Assembly: GCF_030144855.1 (NCBI RefSeq)
Contig: NC_082731.1
Span: forward strand, 20,708,001-20,772,000
Direction of reading: 5' to 3'
Length of the DNA stretch: 64,000 nucleotides
Source: Hypanus sabinus
Taxonomy: Eukaryota
A program made the translations under genes and the position numbers. Below are positions 25,880 through 39,849 of this stretch, piece by piece (the stretch's first letter is position 1; each line of letters starts with the position of its first letter). Below the pieces are notes generated by a model. It was not told the origin of the DNA and searched no databases. It saw nothing but the letters and a program-made list of their open reading frames with translations.

Positions 25880-26170
25880 GTGCAGATTTTCTAACCCCAG
25901 TAGGAGGGATTTAATGACCTTGGAAGGGAAGATTGTGCTGCAGTAACCTGCAACCTGGCGGAGCCTACTTGTTTTGCGTTCAATATTCTGGAAAACCGAC
26001 GAAAATTTTCTTGAATGGAGATACAGTTCATCGTGAAGGCAGATTGTTCAGGACTTCGGGTCTCTGTACAAAATGGCATGTGTTCCGCTTAAGTATGTCC
26101 ACCAGGAGAGCATTGCGCAATTCAGTACTTAACATTCCAAGGTAATACAGAATCCCGACACCAGAGTGTA
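25880..26170 (+). pseudogene. Decayed TCR V-like relic, family D
   Basis: AYLFCVQYSGKP.. (FR2-like); paralogous to 31490-31790. Confidence 0.5.
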
Positions 26171-27809
26171 CTAAGTACTTGCTTGCTCTAACGGGTGCCT
26201 TCTGTGATCTCTCAACCTTCAATTCCAGCTCGTCCGTGGGGCGAAGATGTCATCGGATTCTCCATTCAGAGGGTCTTCTCAACGCAGCAGTGACGAGGGA
26301 TACTCTCTGCAACGCACTGTCACTTCTCTTCCGAACAAATTCTACCCTGTTCTTCTCTACTGTCCATACTCCCCTCACGCATGGTTTCATACGTGTAATG
26401 GAATGAACCGGAATAAGATGAGGATCAATGTAAAAAGTGTGCTGTGACAGTGGAGCGGACAGAATGTATTCGAGGGAAATGAGTGAGAAACTAAAAAGTG
26501 ATATAACCTAATAAATATGGAGGGCAAAATATGGTGAAAGGCAAGAGAGAGTGAATAAATGAAGAGAGCGAAACAGAACGAAAGAGAAAAATGATGCTAA
26601 AGAGAGAGAAGTAGAAGAAAGAGTAAGGAGATATACGAGGACAGCAAGAGAGAGGTGGAAGAAAGAGCGAGGAAGCGGATAGGGCTAGCGTCGAGAAAAG
26701 AGGGAGCTTGAGTTGATATCGAAAGAAGGACTAGCTGGGAGGAGAGTGGGGAAAGAGAAGCAAGACACAGCGATGAATAAAGTGGGAAAGAGGGAAGAAA
26801 ACGCCCGTGGGGAAAGAACCAGTGAGAAGGAAAGAGGTCCTTTGAGACTTTATCGAGCCAAATTCAGGAGTAACATGTGCTCAAAATTGAGTAACAACTC
26901 TTGAAAACAATGCGTACAGAGAGATACAAATGTTATTTTCATAAAGAACGTCCAGTGCAATTTGATGTTCTTGGCATCACCCTTTTGCCCTCAAAGTCAA
27001 ATCGCAATTGGCAATTTTGCTCGACTTGTATTTGACAACTTTGCTACCCTTCATTGAGCATAGGAGCAGAATGAGGAAAGAATTATCAGAGAGAAAGAAA
27101 GATAAATAAAAGAGTGGAAGCGATTCAGAAAGAGAGTGGGAGGGAAAGGTAGAGAAAAGAAGGATTGACAGGAACAGATTTTAGAAAGAACACCAACTTC
27201 ATTGTAGCTTAATCTGACAACTCGGTATAACGGGTCCTAGGTTGACCCCTGATGGAATTGGAATTGTTTTATTATTGCCACGTATACTGAGATACAAGGA
27301 AATAATGTTATAAGATGTCGTATTCATACAGATCGATTTATTGCAGAGTACAACGTGTTTGAATAAGATAAACAATCAGGAAGCAAATTAAAATACAACA
27401 TCGTCCGAAAAATTGTCGAGCAGGAAGACTATAGGGTGTAAAGTCATAAGAAGGAAGAGTGTGGTGTGGGTCAATATTTGATCCCATCGCGCCTTTCAGT
27501 ACTGTTAAACCATCAGGATAGAACATATCCTTTATGCTGTTCGACCTTATTTCAAGCTTTTGTATCTTCTCACTGCTGGGAGAGGGAGCAGCGAATACAT
27601 CCGGTTAACTGCCAAGGGGTTGCACAAATTGAAACCATCCGTTCTAAAATTTCTCTCGTTATTTTTTCAACAATCCTCATTTTTTTTTTTCTGTTTGCTT
27701 TTAGTCACACCACCTAGTCTACTTCCCAGTCATAGATGTTCCTACGTTTTCGTCCAGTTCTTTCTTCTAATCTTGACCTGCTATCAACCAGTGCGACTAC
27801 CTTGAAGAG

Positions 27810-28262
27810 GAAATGAATGCATATTTTGCATCAATCATGACAGTGGAAAACATCTGCCGTGCCCCGGAACTCAAGAGTGTCAGGAAAGGAGAGCACGCGC
27901 AGAGACAATTACGACTGAGAAGGTGCTCAGGAAGCTTAATGGCCTGATGGTGGATAAATCTGCTGAACCTGCTGGAATGCACACTCGGGTTCTGAAGCAA
28001 ATTGTTGCAGATATTATGCAGTCATTGACAATGATCTTCCAAGAATTCGCAGTATCTAACATTGTACCAGATGACTGGAAAACCTCAAATGTTACTCCGC
28101 TCTATAAGGAGAATGGGAGGCAGCAGAAAGCGATGTGTAGACCTGTTATCCTGACATCAGTGGCTAGGAAGTTGTTGGAATCGATTGTTGGTGATGAGTT
28201 TACGGAATACCTGGAGACACATGACGAGATAGGCCATAGCCAGCAAGGCTTCCTGAAAGGAA
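27810..28262 (+). mobile_element. CR1-type LINE RT fragment
   Basis: ORF 27923-28324: VPDDWKTSNVTPLYK..RPVILTSVARKLLESIV..SQQGFLKGK. Confidence 0.9.
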
Positions 28263-28264
28263 AA

Positions 28265-28327
28265 GCCGAGAAGGAAATAATTGAGGATTATAGCAATCAT
28301 AGAGATGTGACTGGCATTAATTGACTC

Positions 28328-28385
<58 letters not shown>

Positions 28386-28875
28386 TTTCTCTATGCTCCT
28401 ATGGGAGAGTTTGCTGCCGATTACCAGTCGGGGATATTGGAATTAAAAAGAATGCTTGACACTAACATCGAAACAACGACTGCTGTCTCCTCTCTCGCTT
28501 TCGAACATACCATATAAGGCTCTCCCTTGGTGGTGTCAGAGACAGAATGCCTGTGGGACGACGAAATGCTGCAGAAAACAGTTATTGTTTTCTTGTACTG
28601 TAGGCGAAGCCTCTCCTTGTACCTTTGCGGCTACTTCGACGGTGGTCAAACATTCACGGCTGACGAAAGTCAGATCATCACACTGAATTGCAATTACACT
28701 CGAACTATTGCTAACCTTTTTGATATATGCCATATCGTGGCAAATGGTGGGAAAAATACTGCTGAAGCTATATGGCTCAGGAAAGCTGGAGCGGCCTCCA
28801 GAATTTTGACGAAGTTTATCGTTGTGCAATGGACTCTTCAGTACTGCACGGAGACATTGGGTCCGAAGAAAATCC
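28265..28875 (+). pseudogene. TCR V pseudogene, family C with (CT)n insert; 5' end replaced by CR1
   Basis: Shares the insert seen at 3170-3440; ESQIITLNCNYTRTIAN; FR3 deletion; TTCAGTA, 23 nt, AGAAAATCC (28837-28875). TCACTAGAGGGCGC at 28888-28901. Confidence 0.75.
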
Positions 28876-29562
28876 AGGCTTGTGTGATCACTAGAGGGCG
28901 CCTTTGCTGGCAATCTGGTACAGCGGGACGCGCAAAGTATGAGGATTACGTGATCAACTTAAAAAAAGCTGCATTCAGCGGCAGAATTCGCAGAACATTG
29001 AGGAAAACTTCTTGAATTCTGGTTTACCTAAGGATGTTGTGACAGCTTTCCTACACATTTTCCAATATATTTCGCTGGCCATGTGTCTCTCTGTTGCCTG
29101 TCACAATATCTTGTGGTTTACAATAACTTGTGGAGAGAGGGATGGAAATTGGTGATATGAGGTTAACAAAAATCGACTAGATCGGAATACAGTGGCAGAC
29201 AGAGAGCGATTGAGACTCAGCGACGGGAGTATAGGAGAGTAACGAAAGAGGGAATAGAGAAGGATATGCATTGCTAGAAATGAAATGTGAGAAACAGTTG
29301 AACGGAGGGAGGGGTGAGAGCGACAAATAGAATGAAATTAGAGCGAATGTTTAAGAAACAGAGAACGTAGTAGTTCCATTCACATCGGTGGCTAAATAGG
29401 CTCAGCTCTGACTTCCACGGTTCATCTGCCATTTAGCAGAGTAATCCACGCAGGTTTGAAACGAAGTCAAGAGTGCTGCTTATCTGACGTCATTCTCACA
29501 AATCTGTGGTATTAGGTGATTGAATGCAATCTGGCTTTAGATCCTGCCTGAACTCAGTCACC

Positions 29563-29780
29563 ATGTGCTTCCTTGATCGTTACTGAATATGCTGTCCGGA
29601 GAACCTTTGCACAGTGATCAGTGGGTTTCTCGTAAGAGAGAAATTTATCACTCCTCATCGACAAGTAAGATAGAACAAATGCAAATGCTGAACTATAGTT
29701 ACACATTCACAAGTACACACATATTCCACGGGACATTTCAGTTTCTGCCAGCAAAGTCCTTACTTTTTGAAACTTTCTAA
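29563..29780 (+). pseudogene. Truncated TCR V relic, family E
   Basis: ATG at 29563, paralogous to the other E copies. Perfect TGACGTCA upstream at 29485-29492. Confidence 0.5.
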
Positions 29781-30374
29781 GATGACGTGTATGCTTTGAT
29801 AGGAGACATAAATAAAGTGGACCACTCACCGTGAAATGGCTAATACCAGAGGACGACATTTTCAGACGACAGGAGGAAATTACAAGTGGAATGTCAGATG
29901 TGAGTTTTTTTTTAACGAAGAACGTGTTGGCGACACAGAGTGTGCTGTCAGGAGTCTATTGGCGTGGATAGGAGATGCCTCCCTAACAACATGCAAATCT
30001 TACGGAATAAATCTTGCAGACAGAGGAAGTAGAGTACGCTGAGAGAGGAAGAGACACGGCAGAGAGAGCGAGAGAGAGAGAGAGAGATGGATAATAGAGA
30101 GAGTAAGACAGAGAAAGGGGAATCGGAGATGAATGCGGGACGTTGAAAGAGCGAAGAGACTGGAAGAATGTTGAATCGAAACAAACCAAACGCTGATTGG
30201 TGCTCAGAAAGGGCTGGTTCATTTTTTTCAGCCAATCCTTTAACCAAGGAAACGCCTCCGCTCTTACAAAAGCTGAAAGTTATCGTTGAATCAAAACCAC
30301 ACCGTAATAGCTAAGAAGATATAATTACGTCCTGAAAGGAATCTGCCATTCGATTCAGCCAGAAATTAGACACC

Positions 30375-30806
30375 ATGATTTCCATCTGTGTATTACTGAT
30401 TGGATTGGCTGTGCTGCCTGGTGAGTCTCTGCGAAGCTGGCGATAGAATTTCCTCGGCGTTCAATACAAGACAGCGATGTTGATATTTTCTGTCCTTTAT
30501 TGCAGGAGCGAGCGGAAAAGATTCAGTGAAGCAGGATCCTTCTGACTTAACGGCCGAGGAAGGACAGAACATAACACTTAACTGTAATTACACTGATGAC
30601 AGAGCATATATCTTTTGGTACATTCATCATAGCGGAAAAAGTCCAAATTATTTGCTGAAGTTATATAGCACAGGAAGAATGGAGCAGCATCAAGATTGCC
30701 CAGTGAGGTTTACCGCTAGTTTGCACAAAGGCAACAAGACGTCTCAGTTGCAGATCCGTGAAGCTCTTTTGTCGGACTCTGGCGTTTATCTCTGTGCAAT
30801 GAGTAC
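30375..30806 (+). CDS. TRAV: Intact TCR alpha/delta-type V gene segment (A3)
   Basis: Leader exon 30375-30420 (MISICVLLIGLAVLPG), 85-nt GT-AG intron, open V exon 30506-30806: DSVKQDPSDLTAEEGQNITLNC-NYTDDRAYIF-WYIHHSGKSPNYLLK..QDCPVRF..DSGVYLCAMS. Cys23, Trp41 and Cys104 are present. TRAV versus TRDV cannot be resolved from this window. Confidence 0.93.
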
Positions 30807-30883
30807 CACACTGTTTTACGGCGACGGCGCGTCCAAACAAAAACCGGTCCTGTACAATACTAAAAGCTTTCACTGGAGGGCGT
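30807..30883 (+). promoter_or_regulatory. 23-RSS plus downstream CTCF-like motif (A3)
   Basis: CACACTG 30807-30813, 23 nt, ACAAAAACC 30837-30845; TCACTGGAGGGCGT 30870-30883. Confidence 0.88.
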
Positions 30884-31489
30884 CGTTTTGCGAGGAAACT
30901 CGAAGGGCCGCACCCGTCAGCCATGGTCACGTGTCCTACTAAAGAGCGCTGCAATCAGCAGCGCAAAACACCGAAGCTAAAGGAACTGAAGTCCATATAG
31001 ACAACATCCACTGTTTTACCCAAGTCAACTTTCCTAGTAACCTCTTCACAAAAATTAACATGATCTTCCACGTACAAATCTATGTTGACTGCTCTAAATC
31101 AGACCCTGTCTATCTAGATAATTATATATACCATCTCGAAGAATTCATTCCATTAATTTACCCATCACTGACGTCAAACTGATGTCAAACTTACAGTCCG
31201 AATAATTCCCTAATTCAGACAAGGAAGACGAATATACTTCGAAACGAAAGCGCCGAGTCTCCCGGAAAGTTTCTTGCTGTGTTACTTGAATCACTTCTGT
31301 TTTATCGAAGTAACATCTTCAAGTGTTCCTCTGTTTATTTCATTTAATTACCATGTTTCCACTGCGAGCCTCTTTGTATTTCCTACTCTGCTTGGTGAAT
31401 CTGGCGAATACGTCAGAGCGTGCCTTCGAGGGTCACTACGTTCGGGCGACCCTCGCAACTTCGGGCTTGATACAGGGACGTGGGAGGAA

Positions 31490-31790
31490 GATTTTGTGAA
31501 ACTCAGAGGGAGAGGTTTAATGACCCTGGAATGGAAAACCGTGTCACTGAGCTGCAGTTACTTAGAATCACGAAGGACCTATTTGTCATGCGTTCAATAT
31601 TCTGGAAAACCGATGAAAAAATTCGCATAGATATTGGTCTACGCGAAGCCTGTCCAGTAATATTTCGAGTCTCTGGGCAGCGATGTTCCGCTTAAATAAG
31701 TTCTCGGGCATCGTGCCGGACTCCACTGAATATCTTTGTGCAGTTCAGCACTCAACACTCAACAGCGATACAGGATCTTGACACCTCAGT
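31490..31790 (+). pseudogene. Decayed TCR V-like relic, family D
   Basis: KTVSLSCSYLESRRTYLSCVQYSGKP, and later PDSTEYLCAVQ, with stops and frameshifts. Confidence 0.65.
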
Positions 31791-32519
31791 ATCAGCAATG
31801 TTCGCCTGCTGTAAACTGTGCCTTCCATATCCACTAAACATCTAATCCCCGCTCGTCCATGTGAATAAATATTTCACGTGCTATTGACAGGAAATATCCA
31901 TCGGTTACTTGGAAGATTGAAATGTACTCCTTCAATAACTTAGAAGGATAATAATAAGCTAGGTAACAGCAATAGGAAAAAGTCATAACTTTGTTTATGA
32001 CGCGTTGGAATCGTCGCAGATACTCTGGATAGCATGGTGTGAAAAGGGATAGAGCAGGGGCAGAATAGCAAAGAAAGCGAGAGTGAGTTGTTAGAGCGTT
32101 CAGAAATGTAGATAAGTAGAAAAATATATATCAAAGTCCGGAGTGAGAACGGCAGAGAGAAGTAGGAAGGGGTCGAGCAACAGAGTGAGAAAGAGAAACT
32201 GAGAGAAAAAAGAGAAAGATAGATATATAGATAGATTGAGAAAGGAAAAGTGGGGAGAGGGGGGAAGAAAGTGAAATAAACAGAGGGTAGAGAGAGAGAG
32301 AGATGTATACGGTGGGAAGAAGCAAAAGGGGGGGTTACAACGTACCTGGATTCAGATTCCTGCTCATATAGCATTTTTTCATGTTTAATCTAAGAGCTGT
32401 TGAGCATTGCACCATTCATTCTACTTCTGATAATTTTACTCTCCATTATCTGTCATAGTGATAAATTCCTGGAAGTGATTTGCGATCCTGTCGGAGCTGG
32501 AACGAGTGGGTATGAGTCT

Positions 32520-32971
32520 CTCAGTTTCTTATAAATTTCGTTTGCCATCCTGACAGCTGGGACGCTGCAGACATGACCAGCGAGAGCGCAGTTCAGTTCA
32601 AGTCAGGGAAGTCACTGCATTCTGTCCTTTATTCCAGGAAAGAGAAAGTACAATTCTGTAATCAGGATGCTCCTAAATTATTGTCTGAAGAAAGTCCGAT
32701 GTTAAAACTGAAATGCAGTTACACACGAACTAAGACGAACATGCTTGATACAGTCAGCGTCGAGGAGAATCTCTTAAAAGCTGCTGATGCAATATGGCTG
32801 AGGAAAATTGGAGCGGCTTCAGAATGTCCAGCGAGGTGTACAGCTTTTATGCACAAACACAAAGTCAGCTTATTTAAGTATCCCTGGAATATTTGTCCTC
32901 GACTCTGGTGTATACCTCTGTACAAAGTACCCGTCAGTGCTGCAGGGGATCATCGAGTCTGGACAAAATCC
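32520..32971 (+). pseudogene. TCR V pseudogene, family C
   Basis: LKLKCSYT..ECPARCTA..YLSIPGIFVLDSGVYLCTK; GTCAGTG, 23 nt, ACAAAATCC (32933-32971). TCACTAGAGGGCGC at 32984-32997. Confidence 0.82.
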
Positions 32972-33671
32972 AGGACAACTTGATCACTAGAGGGCGCCTT
33001 TGCTGGAGAAATGGAACAGCTGCACGCAGAAAGCATGAAGGCCACGTGGTTAAAGTTCTGCGTACAGCACCAAAATGTGCCTAAACTTACGGAACACTTC
33101 TTGAACTTACCTTTACTTAGGGATATTGTGGCGGCTTCCGAAGCATTTCTGCTATCTGGTAATGTCCATGTCTCTCTGTTGCCTATAAAAATAGCTTGTG
33201 GTTAAATTTTGGCCGGATTTCATTTTTTCACTACCTTGAGGGATTAAACGTGATGATGAGTTCAACCTGAAGATATTGAGCTTGCTTTTAACTAGATAGC
33301 ACTGGACATGCAGTCATATTAAATGATAATGATAAATTTCAGGTGGGGTCTATTAACATTAGCTTCCTAAAGTTCAGACAAATAGATGTTTATTTTACGA
33401 ATTGCATTTTAATGCCGAGTGGACTGGCGTTGGATTAAAGTATGTTCCCACAACGAGTTGAAAGCGACATTGATTACTGAATTTAATTGCAGTTTGTAAT
33501 ACAGAGGCAGACAGAGAGCCACGGAAATATATGACTGTAACAAAATAGTGAACAAAAAAGGAGATTAATTGTAAGAAATGAAGTGTTAATTAAAGTAGAA
33601 AGAAGCAAGGAAAGATAACATTGACAAATAGAATACAGCTAGAGTGAATTATCTACCATCAACACAGAGAG

Positions 33672-34383
33672 CGAAAGCCTTGGCCTATCATTAAAGAAAA
33701 AAGAAATCTGAAGTAATGTTAATATCAAAGAACTCTGACATCCCAAACTGTAGGATCCTATTGGGTAAAGAAATTCTGAAAAAAAAAATCACTACTTCAA
33801 GTACTTTGGATCATGCGTAACACCTAATGGCAAATGCGAAACAGACATTAAAGCAAGAATAGCAATGGCAAAAACAGCATTTACAGAAATGAGAAACATC
33901 CTAACAAAGAACATCCTCCTTAGAACTTCCAGCTGCTACATTATTCCTATATTGATGAACGGCTGCGAGTCATGAATCATCAGAAATGCAATGGAGAAAA
34001 AAAGAATCAATGCAGCAGAGATGTTGTTCCTTAGAAGAATGCTATGCATATCATATACGGACAGGATAACCAATGAGGAAGTTCTACACATAGCAAAACG
34101 AATATCTATATTACTTTAAAAAATCAGAAAAAACAGCAATCAAAATTCTTGGGACACGTCATGCGAAGAGAGACATTAGAACATTTAGTTACAACTGGAA
34201 AAGTGGAAGGAAAAGAAGCAGAGTCAGACAGAAAATGAAAATGATAGATGGAATAACATTATGTTTCGGAACAGAGGGGTAATCAACTACAGTTCGCAGG
34301 GTCAGGGACAGTGATGGAAAGAGACATGATCCCCCACGCCGAACGGCAAGGCACCTGAATGAACGAGAGTGAATGATAAATAA
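33672..34383 (+). mobile_element. RTE-clade LINE 3' fragment
   Basis: FKYFGSCVTPNGKCETDIKARIAMAKTAFTEMRNILT. The same insertion is at 41925-42575 and partly at 4630-4697 and 5158-5215. Confidence 0.8.
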
Positions 34384-34576
34384 ACAGAGGGTCTATTACT
34401 TTTATTCTCGTTAAATAGGCTCAGCTCTGACTTTTACGGTTCAGCTTCTAGTTCGCTGAACAAATTATGCAGGTTTTCACGAAGTGTTCGTTGTAGCGTA
34501 CCTGACATCATTCTTGCAAATTTGTGGAATTAGCTTCTTGTTATCTGGCTCAAGACCGCGCGTGAAAGCAGACACC

Positions 34577-34810
34577 ATGTGCGTCCTTGATCCTTACTGA
34601 TTATATCAAATGAAGTGGGTTTATCGCTGGTACGTCTGAGCACTTGACGAGCAGCCGTTTTGTCCTTCTGTAGAAGCGTGTGGAAAACATCTAGCTCTGA
34701 GTATCGACAATTAAAGGGTGACGAATCGTAATGCTCAAATTCAGTTAGACATCCGCAAGTGCCTGGATATTCCACATGTCATTTCAATTGCTTTCCGTAA
34801 AGAAGGAAGA
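34577..34810 (+). pseudogene. Truncated TCR V relic, family E
   Basis: ATG at 34577; paralogous to 5417-5700. Confidence 0.55.
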
Positions 34811-35324
34811 TAAGGGGTAACTTATTAGCTGTGTATAATATGTCAAGAGGCATAAGCAGAGAGGACAATAGCGCTTTGACCGAAGGGTGAACATGGCTAA
34901 TGCAAGATTACCATATTTTAATACGATTATAAGTAATTAGAAGGGGCATGCTGATGTGAGTGTTTTTTTTAAACGAGGAGAGCGCTAGCTCCACAGAGTG
35001 TGCTTTCAGGAGTCTATTGGTGTGGATAGTAGATTGGCTCCCTAACAGGAAACATAGATTAGGGAAGAACTAGATGAACACTAGCGAACATTGAATAACT
35101 AGTTCAATGCCGGAAGTTTGAAAAAAATGTTGACGAATGGACTGTTATGGGATATATCACAAACTAACTAACTAAACAAGCAAATAAATAAATGAATTAC
35201 TTTCAGTGGGATACTGTTGATGTCGAAGAAGTGACCATGTGAATTATCCATAACTGGGTATGATTACAAATTAATAAGATTTGAAAATGTCGTTATTATG
35301 AGGAGAACAGGGTAAAAAAGGGAG

Positions 35325-35719
35325 NNNNNNNNNNNNNNNNNNNNNNNNNNNNNNNNNNNNNNNNNNNNNNNNNNNNNNNNNNNNNNNNNNNNNNNNNNNN
35401 NNNNNNNNNNNNNNNNNNNNNNNNNNNNNNNNNNNNNNNNNNNNNNNNNNNNNNNNNNNNNNNNNNNNNNNNNNNNNNNNNNNNNNNNNNNNNNNNNNNN
35501 NNNNNNNNNNNNNNNNNNNNNNNNNNNNNNNNNNNNNNNNNNNNNNNNNNNNNNNNNNNNNNNNNNNNNNNNNNNNNNNNNNNNNNNNNNNNNNNNNNNN
35601 NNNNNNNNNNNNNNNNNNNNNNNNNNNNNNNNNNNNNNNNNNNNNNNNNNNNNNNNNNNNNNNNNNNNNNNNNNNNNNNNNNNNNNNNNNNNNNNNNNNN
35701 NNNNNNNNNNNNNNNNNNN
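35325..35719. other. Assembly gap covering the 5' part of V segment A4
   Basis: Run of N. Confidence 1.
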
Positions 35720-35767
35720 CGAAGCTCTCGTGTCGGACTCTGGCGTGTATCTCTGTGCAATGAATAC
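35720..35767 (+). CDS. 3' end of a family-A TCR V segment (A4); functional status unknown
   Basis: EALVSDSGVYLCAMN is open, followed by CACACTG 35768-35774, 23 nt, ACAGAAACT 35798-35806, and TCACTGGAGGGCGC 35831-35844. Confidence 0.7.
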
Positions 35768-36899
35768 CACACTGCTTTACGGAAACGGCGAGTCAGTACA
35801 GAAACTAGTCCTGTGTAATACCAAAAGGTCTCACTGGAGGGCGCCTTTTCACTGCGAATCTGGAACGGTGCGAACCTAGAAATCATGCATAGTCATGTGC
35901 CCTGCTTAGCAGAGCTTTAAGCAGCAGCACAAGACGCCGAAGCTAACGGAACTGTTCCTGATTGCAAGGCGAAAGCGAACAAGCATTTCTCGAATAACGC
36001 AATGTGCATTCGCCCACCTTCTTTTGCTGAGATGGTATATCACGATGGTCAGCCTTGACTGACATTGTCCTTGGCTACGTTGTTCGTTTTGCTGCAAGGG
36101 AAAATAATAAGGACGAAGTGGAACCGAGATATATTGAAAGTGGTCAATGGCTGACCAAAGGAAGACCGAGGTTGGCAAAATTGTTGCTTTCAAGAATGAC
36201 AAGTAATTGCAAATGGCATGCTACTGAAATCCAAAAATTTACAATCCACTGAAATTTTAGAAAATGCAACAGCTACTCAATACTTAAACTGAATATTTAG
36301 ATAATCCGACAGAAACAGCGGATGTTTCGCGTGGTAGAGATAGCCTAAGTTCGTCGGTGTATTCCGGTGCTGTGTGAAGAAGCTTCAGTGTTGGAAGTAA
36401 CTTTCTGGTTAAAATACATGCCAGCAACCGGATACTACCCCAAGATTCATACTTTGAATGCATTTTCAGTATAAAAGACCCTGAGAGGCAGAGAGGGAAT
36501 GGGGTCGCAACAGAATGATAACTTGTATAATCTGGTTTCCCACCCGGATTTAACTGCTCCGATGTAATCGCCACGTGGAGAACTTTGGTACATATATCTA
36601 GATTGTGAACGGACTTTTTTTATTATTGACGCATCGATTCGGTTATTACATATGAATTAATTGAACTGCTTATCGCGGTAGTACAATTTAAAACAATAAA
36701 ATAATACACAAGTAAAGTGTTAACAGACGTATAAGAATGCTGCACATCCAGGAAATAAAGAACACGATCAGACCCAGGTGGATTGCGATTGAGATTCAAT
36801 TTTATCCTACAGTTCAATACTCTTACAATCGGATAGAATTTATACTTGTGTACACTAAACGTGCATTTAGAATTTTGTGTTTTCCTTCCGATGGAAGAG

Positions 36900-37067
36900 A
36901 TATATAGAGAGAACAACCGATTACAGTCGAAGGAACAGAAATTGATCACATCTGTTTCCAAAGCAATATTTCGACTTTCTGAAACTCTCAGTTTAATGGC
37001 ATGTTTACCGTTCCAAAAATTCATTTACCACACTGTTTCATCTGAAATGGCGGAGCGGACTAGATCA
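36900..37067 (+). pseudogene. Cryptic V 3'-end relic, family F
   Basis: GGCATGTTTACCGTT resembles GGCATGTATCTCTGT; CACACTG 37029-37035, 23 nt, ACTAGATCA. Confidence 0.4.
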
Positions 37068-37593
37068 GACAAATGGCCGAATTCTGTTCCTATATTTTAT
37101 GGTTAATGGTGAACAGATTTACCATTCCACAATTCGCAAATTCCTCTTAACACCTACCTCAGTGATCCTTCGATCAGGAGGACAGCTACCCAGCGCATCT
37201 TTTGCGGAACGTTGAAAACATGATAACGCGAGAAACATGGAAGTTGAGCACATAGGTATCTGCTGATAGAATCGGATATCGGAATCGAACCGGATCTCTG
37301 GTGACATGACACCTGATATCACGTGCTGAAAGATAGGTACTCTGCAGTCCATCACCTTCATTGTTCTGCACAACCTGTATTCTATGAGTTGCAGGACAGC
37401 CAGATATATTCCTTCACTTTGCAATCACTGCGGTTAATACTCATTATATCTCTGTTTCTTTTTCTGATGTACCAAGGTACAGCCAAAAATCTACCAAGCA
37501 TGCCTCAATGGTTCCCTTCAAAATCAGAGAATGTGCAGAATATACAACACGAAATTAATATATCCTCCAAACAGCATAAAAACCCAAAGCAGC

Positions 37594-37731
37594 NNNNNNN
37601 NNNNNNNNNNNNNNNNNNNNNNNNNNNNNNNNNNNNNNNNNNNNNNNNNNNNNNNNNNNNNNNNNNNNNNNNNNNNNNNNNNNNNNNNNNNNNNNNNNNN
37701 NNNNNNNNNNNNNNNNNNNNNNNNNNNNNNN
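37594..37731. other. Assembly gap
   Basis: Run of N. Confidence 1.
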
Positions 37732-37939
37732 CAAAAACGAAAGACGAACTGCAATGAAGCAGAGTCTGATTCTGGCTGTGAAAGATTTCGGTTCTTTTTG
37801 TCAGCGAATCCAAAAATCAGGGAATCGTCCCTGGACTTGCACAAGGTGAATGGTCTCACTGAAACCAACGCATATCTGTTGAGTGATAATTACGTCCTGG
37901 AAGGAATCTGCCTTTCGATACAAACATAAATTAGACACC

Positions 37940-38390
37940 ATGCGTTCCGTCTGTTCATTACAGTAATCATTGGCTGTGCTGTCTGGTGAGTCTATGGAAA
38001 GCTGGCCAGCGTATTTCCCATGCGTTCAATAAAATACAACGATATTTACTTACCGATATTTACTTACGTTGTCCTTCACTTCAAGAACGCGCGGGAATTT
38101 TTCTGTGACGTAGGATCACCCCGAACTGACAGCTGAGAAAGGACAGACCTTAACACTGAAATGTAATTACATTTAAGCTGATGTAAATATCTTTTTGTAT
38201 TTTCCACATTGTGGAGAATCTCCAAATTATTTGCTGTAGTTATATAGCATAGCAATAAAGGAGATACGCCCAGATTGCCCAATGAGATTTACCGCTAGCT
38301 GCAGAAGGACAACTGGACGACTTAATTACATTTCTTTGAATCTGTTCTGTGGAATACTGGCATGTATCTGTTGCTGTATAAAACTGGTTC
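37940..38390 (+). pseudogene. TCR V pseudogene, family B (B2)
   Basis: ATG at 37940 with TAA in the leader, GTGAG donor, TLKCNYI, NTGMYL. No heptamer. TCACTGGAGGGCGC at 38409-38422. Confidence 0.8.
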
Positions 38391-39849
38391 TGCAATGCAA
38401 AAGAACCTTCACTGGAGGGCGCCTTTTGCCGGGAAACTGGAAGGGGCGCACCTAGAAATCAGCCACGATCACGTGCCCAGCTTATGAGCGCTGAAATCAG
38501 CAGAAGGCGCCGAATCAAAAGGAGCAGTTCCTTATGATAATGCACAACTAAAATGGAACTTTACAGTGCATTTCCGTGGTACTGCAATGACTTTTCACCC
38601 AAACTCTTTTTGAATCTGGTTTCCCAAACAGATTTAATGGATGTGATGTTCTCACCAGGTGAGGCAATTTGCCAGATATATGTGTTTATTATTTTTGAAT
38701 GTTTGCTGGACTGGCATTCTACAGATGGATTCATTAAACAGCCTATCGAGGTAGTACAAACAACAAACTGAAACACTAAAATAATGCAAAAATCAATTAT
38801 TTACTTCCACTTTGAAATGACAGTGAAAGAGAGAGATAAGGGAAGAGGTGAATAGCAGGATGACGGAGAGATGCCGAGGCAAATTTAGAGAGAGAGAGAG
38901 AGAGATCAGACAGTGACGGAGAAAGAAAAATCAGAGCAATAAGACAGGAAGCGAGGAACAATGTGCTAGCTGAGAGAATGGGTGGGCAGAGCGAGGGCTG
39001 GAATTAGAGAGAGAGAAATAGAGATATAGAGATAGAGAAAGAGAGAAACAGAGAGAGTGAGTGAGGGAGAGAGAAAGAGAAAGAGACGGGGGGGGGGTGA
39101 GGGATGTGGATACGGCAGCTAATTAACGCCTAACCGTCCTGCGGTTAGTATAAACACTGAATATAGAAATAAAAGCCGCATATAGCTTGAAACGAAAGCG
39201 CCGGGCTTCCCGGAAAATTTCTACTTGTCTTTACTTGAATATCTTCTTTTTTATCGAAGTAACATCTACAAATCATTCTGTTTACTTTATTCAATGCGCG
39301 ATGATCTCTCTACAATGACCACTGGAAGTTTTTTGTATCGACTACTTTGATTTGTGAATCTGTCTAATTGGTCGTAACGTGTCCTGTAGCGTCTGTGTGT
39401 CCTGATGCCCCTCACACATCAGGGTCCAGTTAAAGGGACAGTCGAGCAGAATGACAAAGAATTATGTTAGAATCAGAATGCTTTATATCCTTATTTTTTT
39501 CCACCAGTTTCACTAAGGTCCTTCTTGGAGCCTAAATTCTATCTCTTTCTTTGGGAAAGAAAGGTAATATTCAGTCATGCTTGCAGGTGGTGGACTCAGA
39601 TGCAGGAACTACCAAAAGGCAAGTACCTACTGCACTTGGATGGAAATTGGAGTTGCTTTGGACATACTGAAAATGATTTTAAATAACCAAGGAAAGTAGA
39701 GATGGACCAACAGATTAGCTGAGAGATAATGTATCAGGGACAACTGTCCAAGTATCACTTGTCTTCAAATTCTTTAAAAGAGAAGAGCAAAACAAGAAAA
39801 TGATCATTTACCAGAAAATGGTCAGGTATTAACTTTAGGGAATGTTGTC

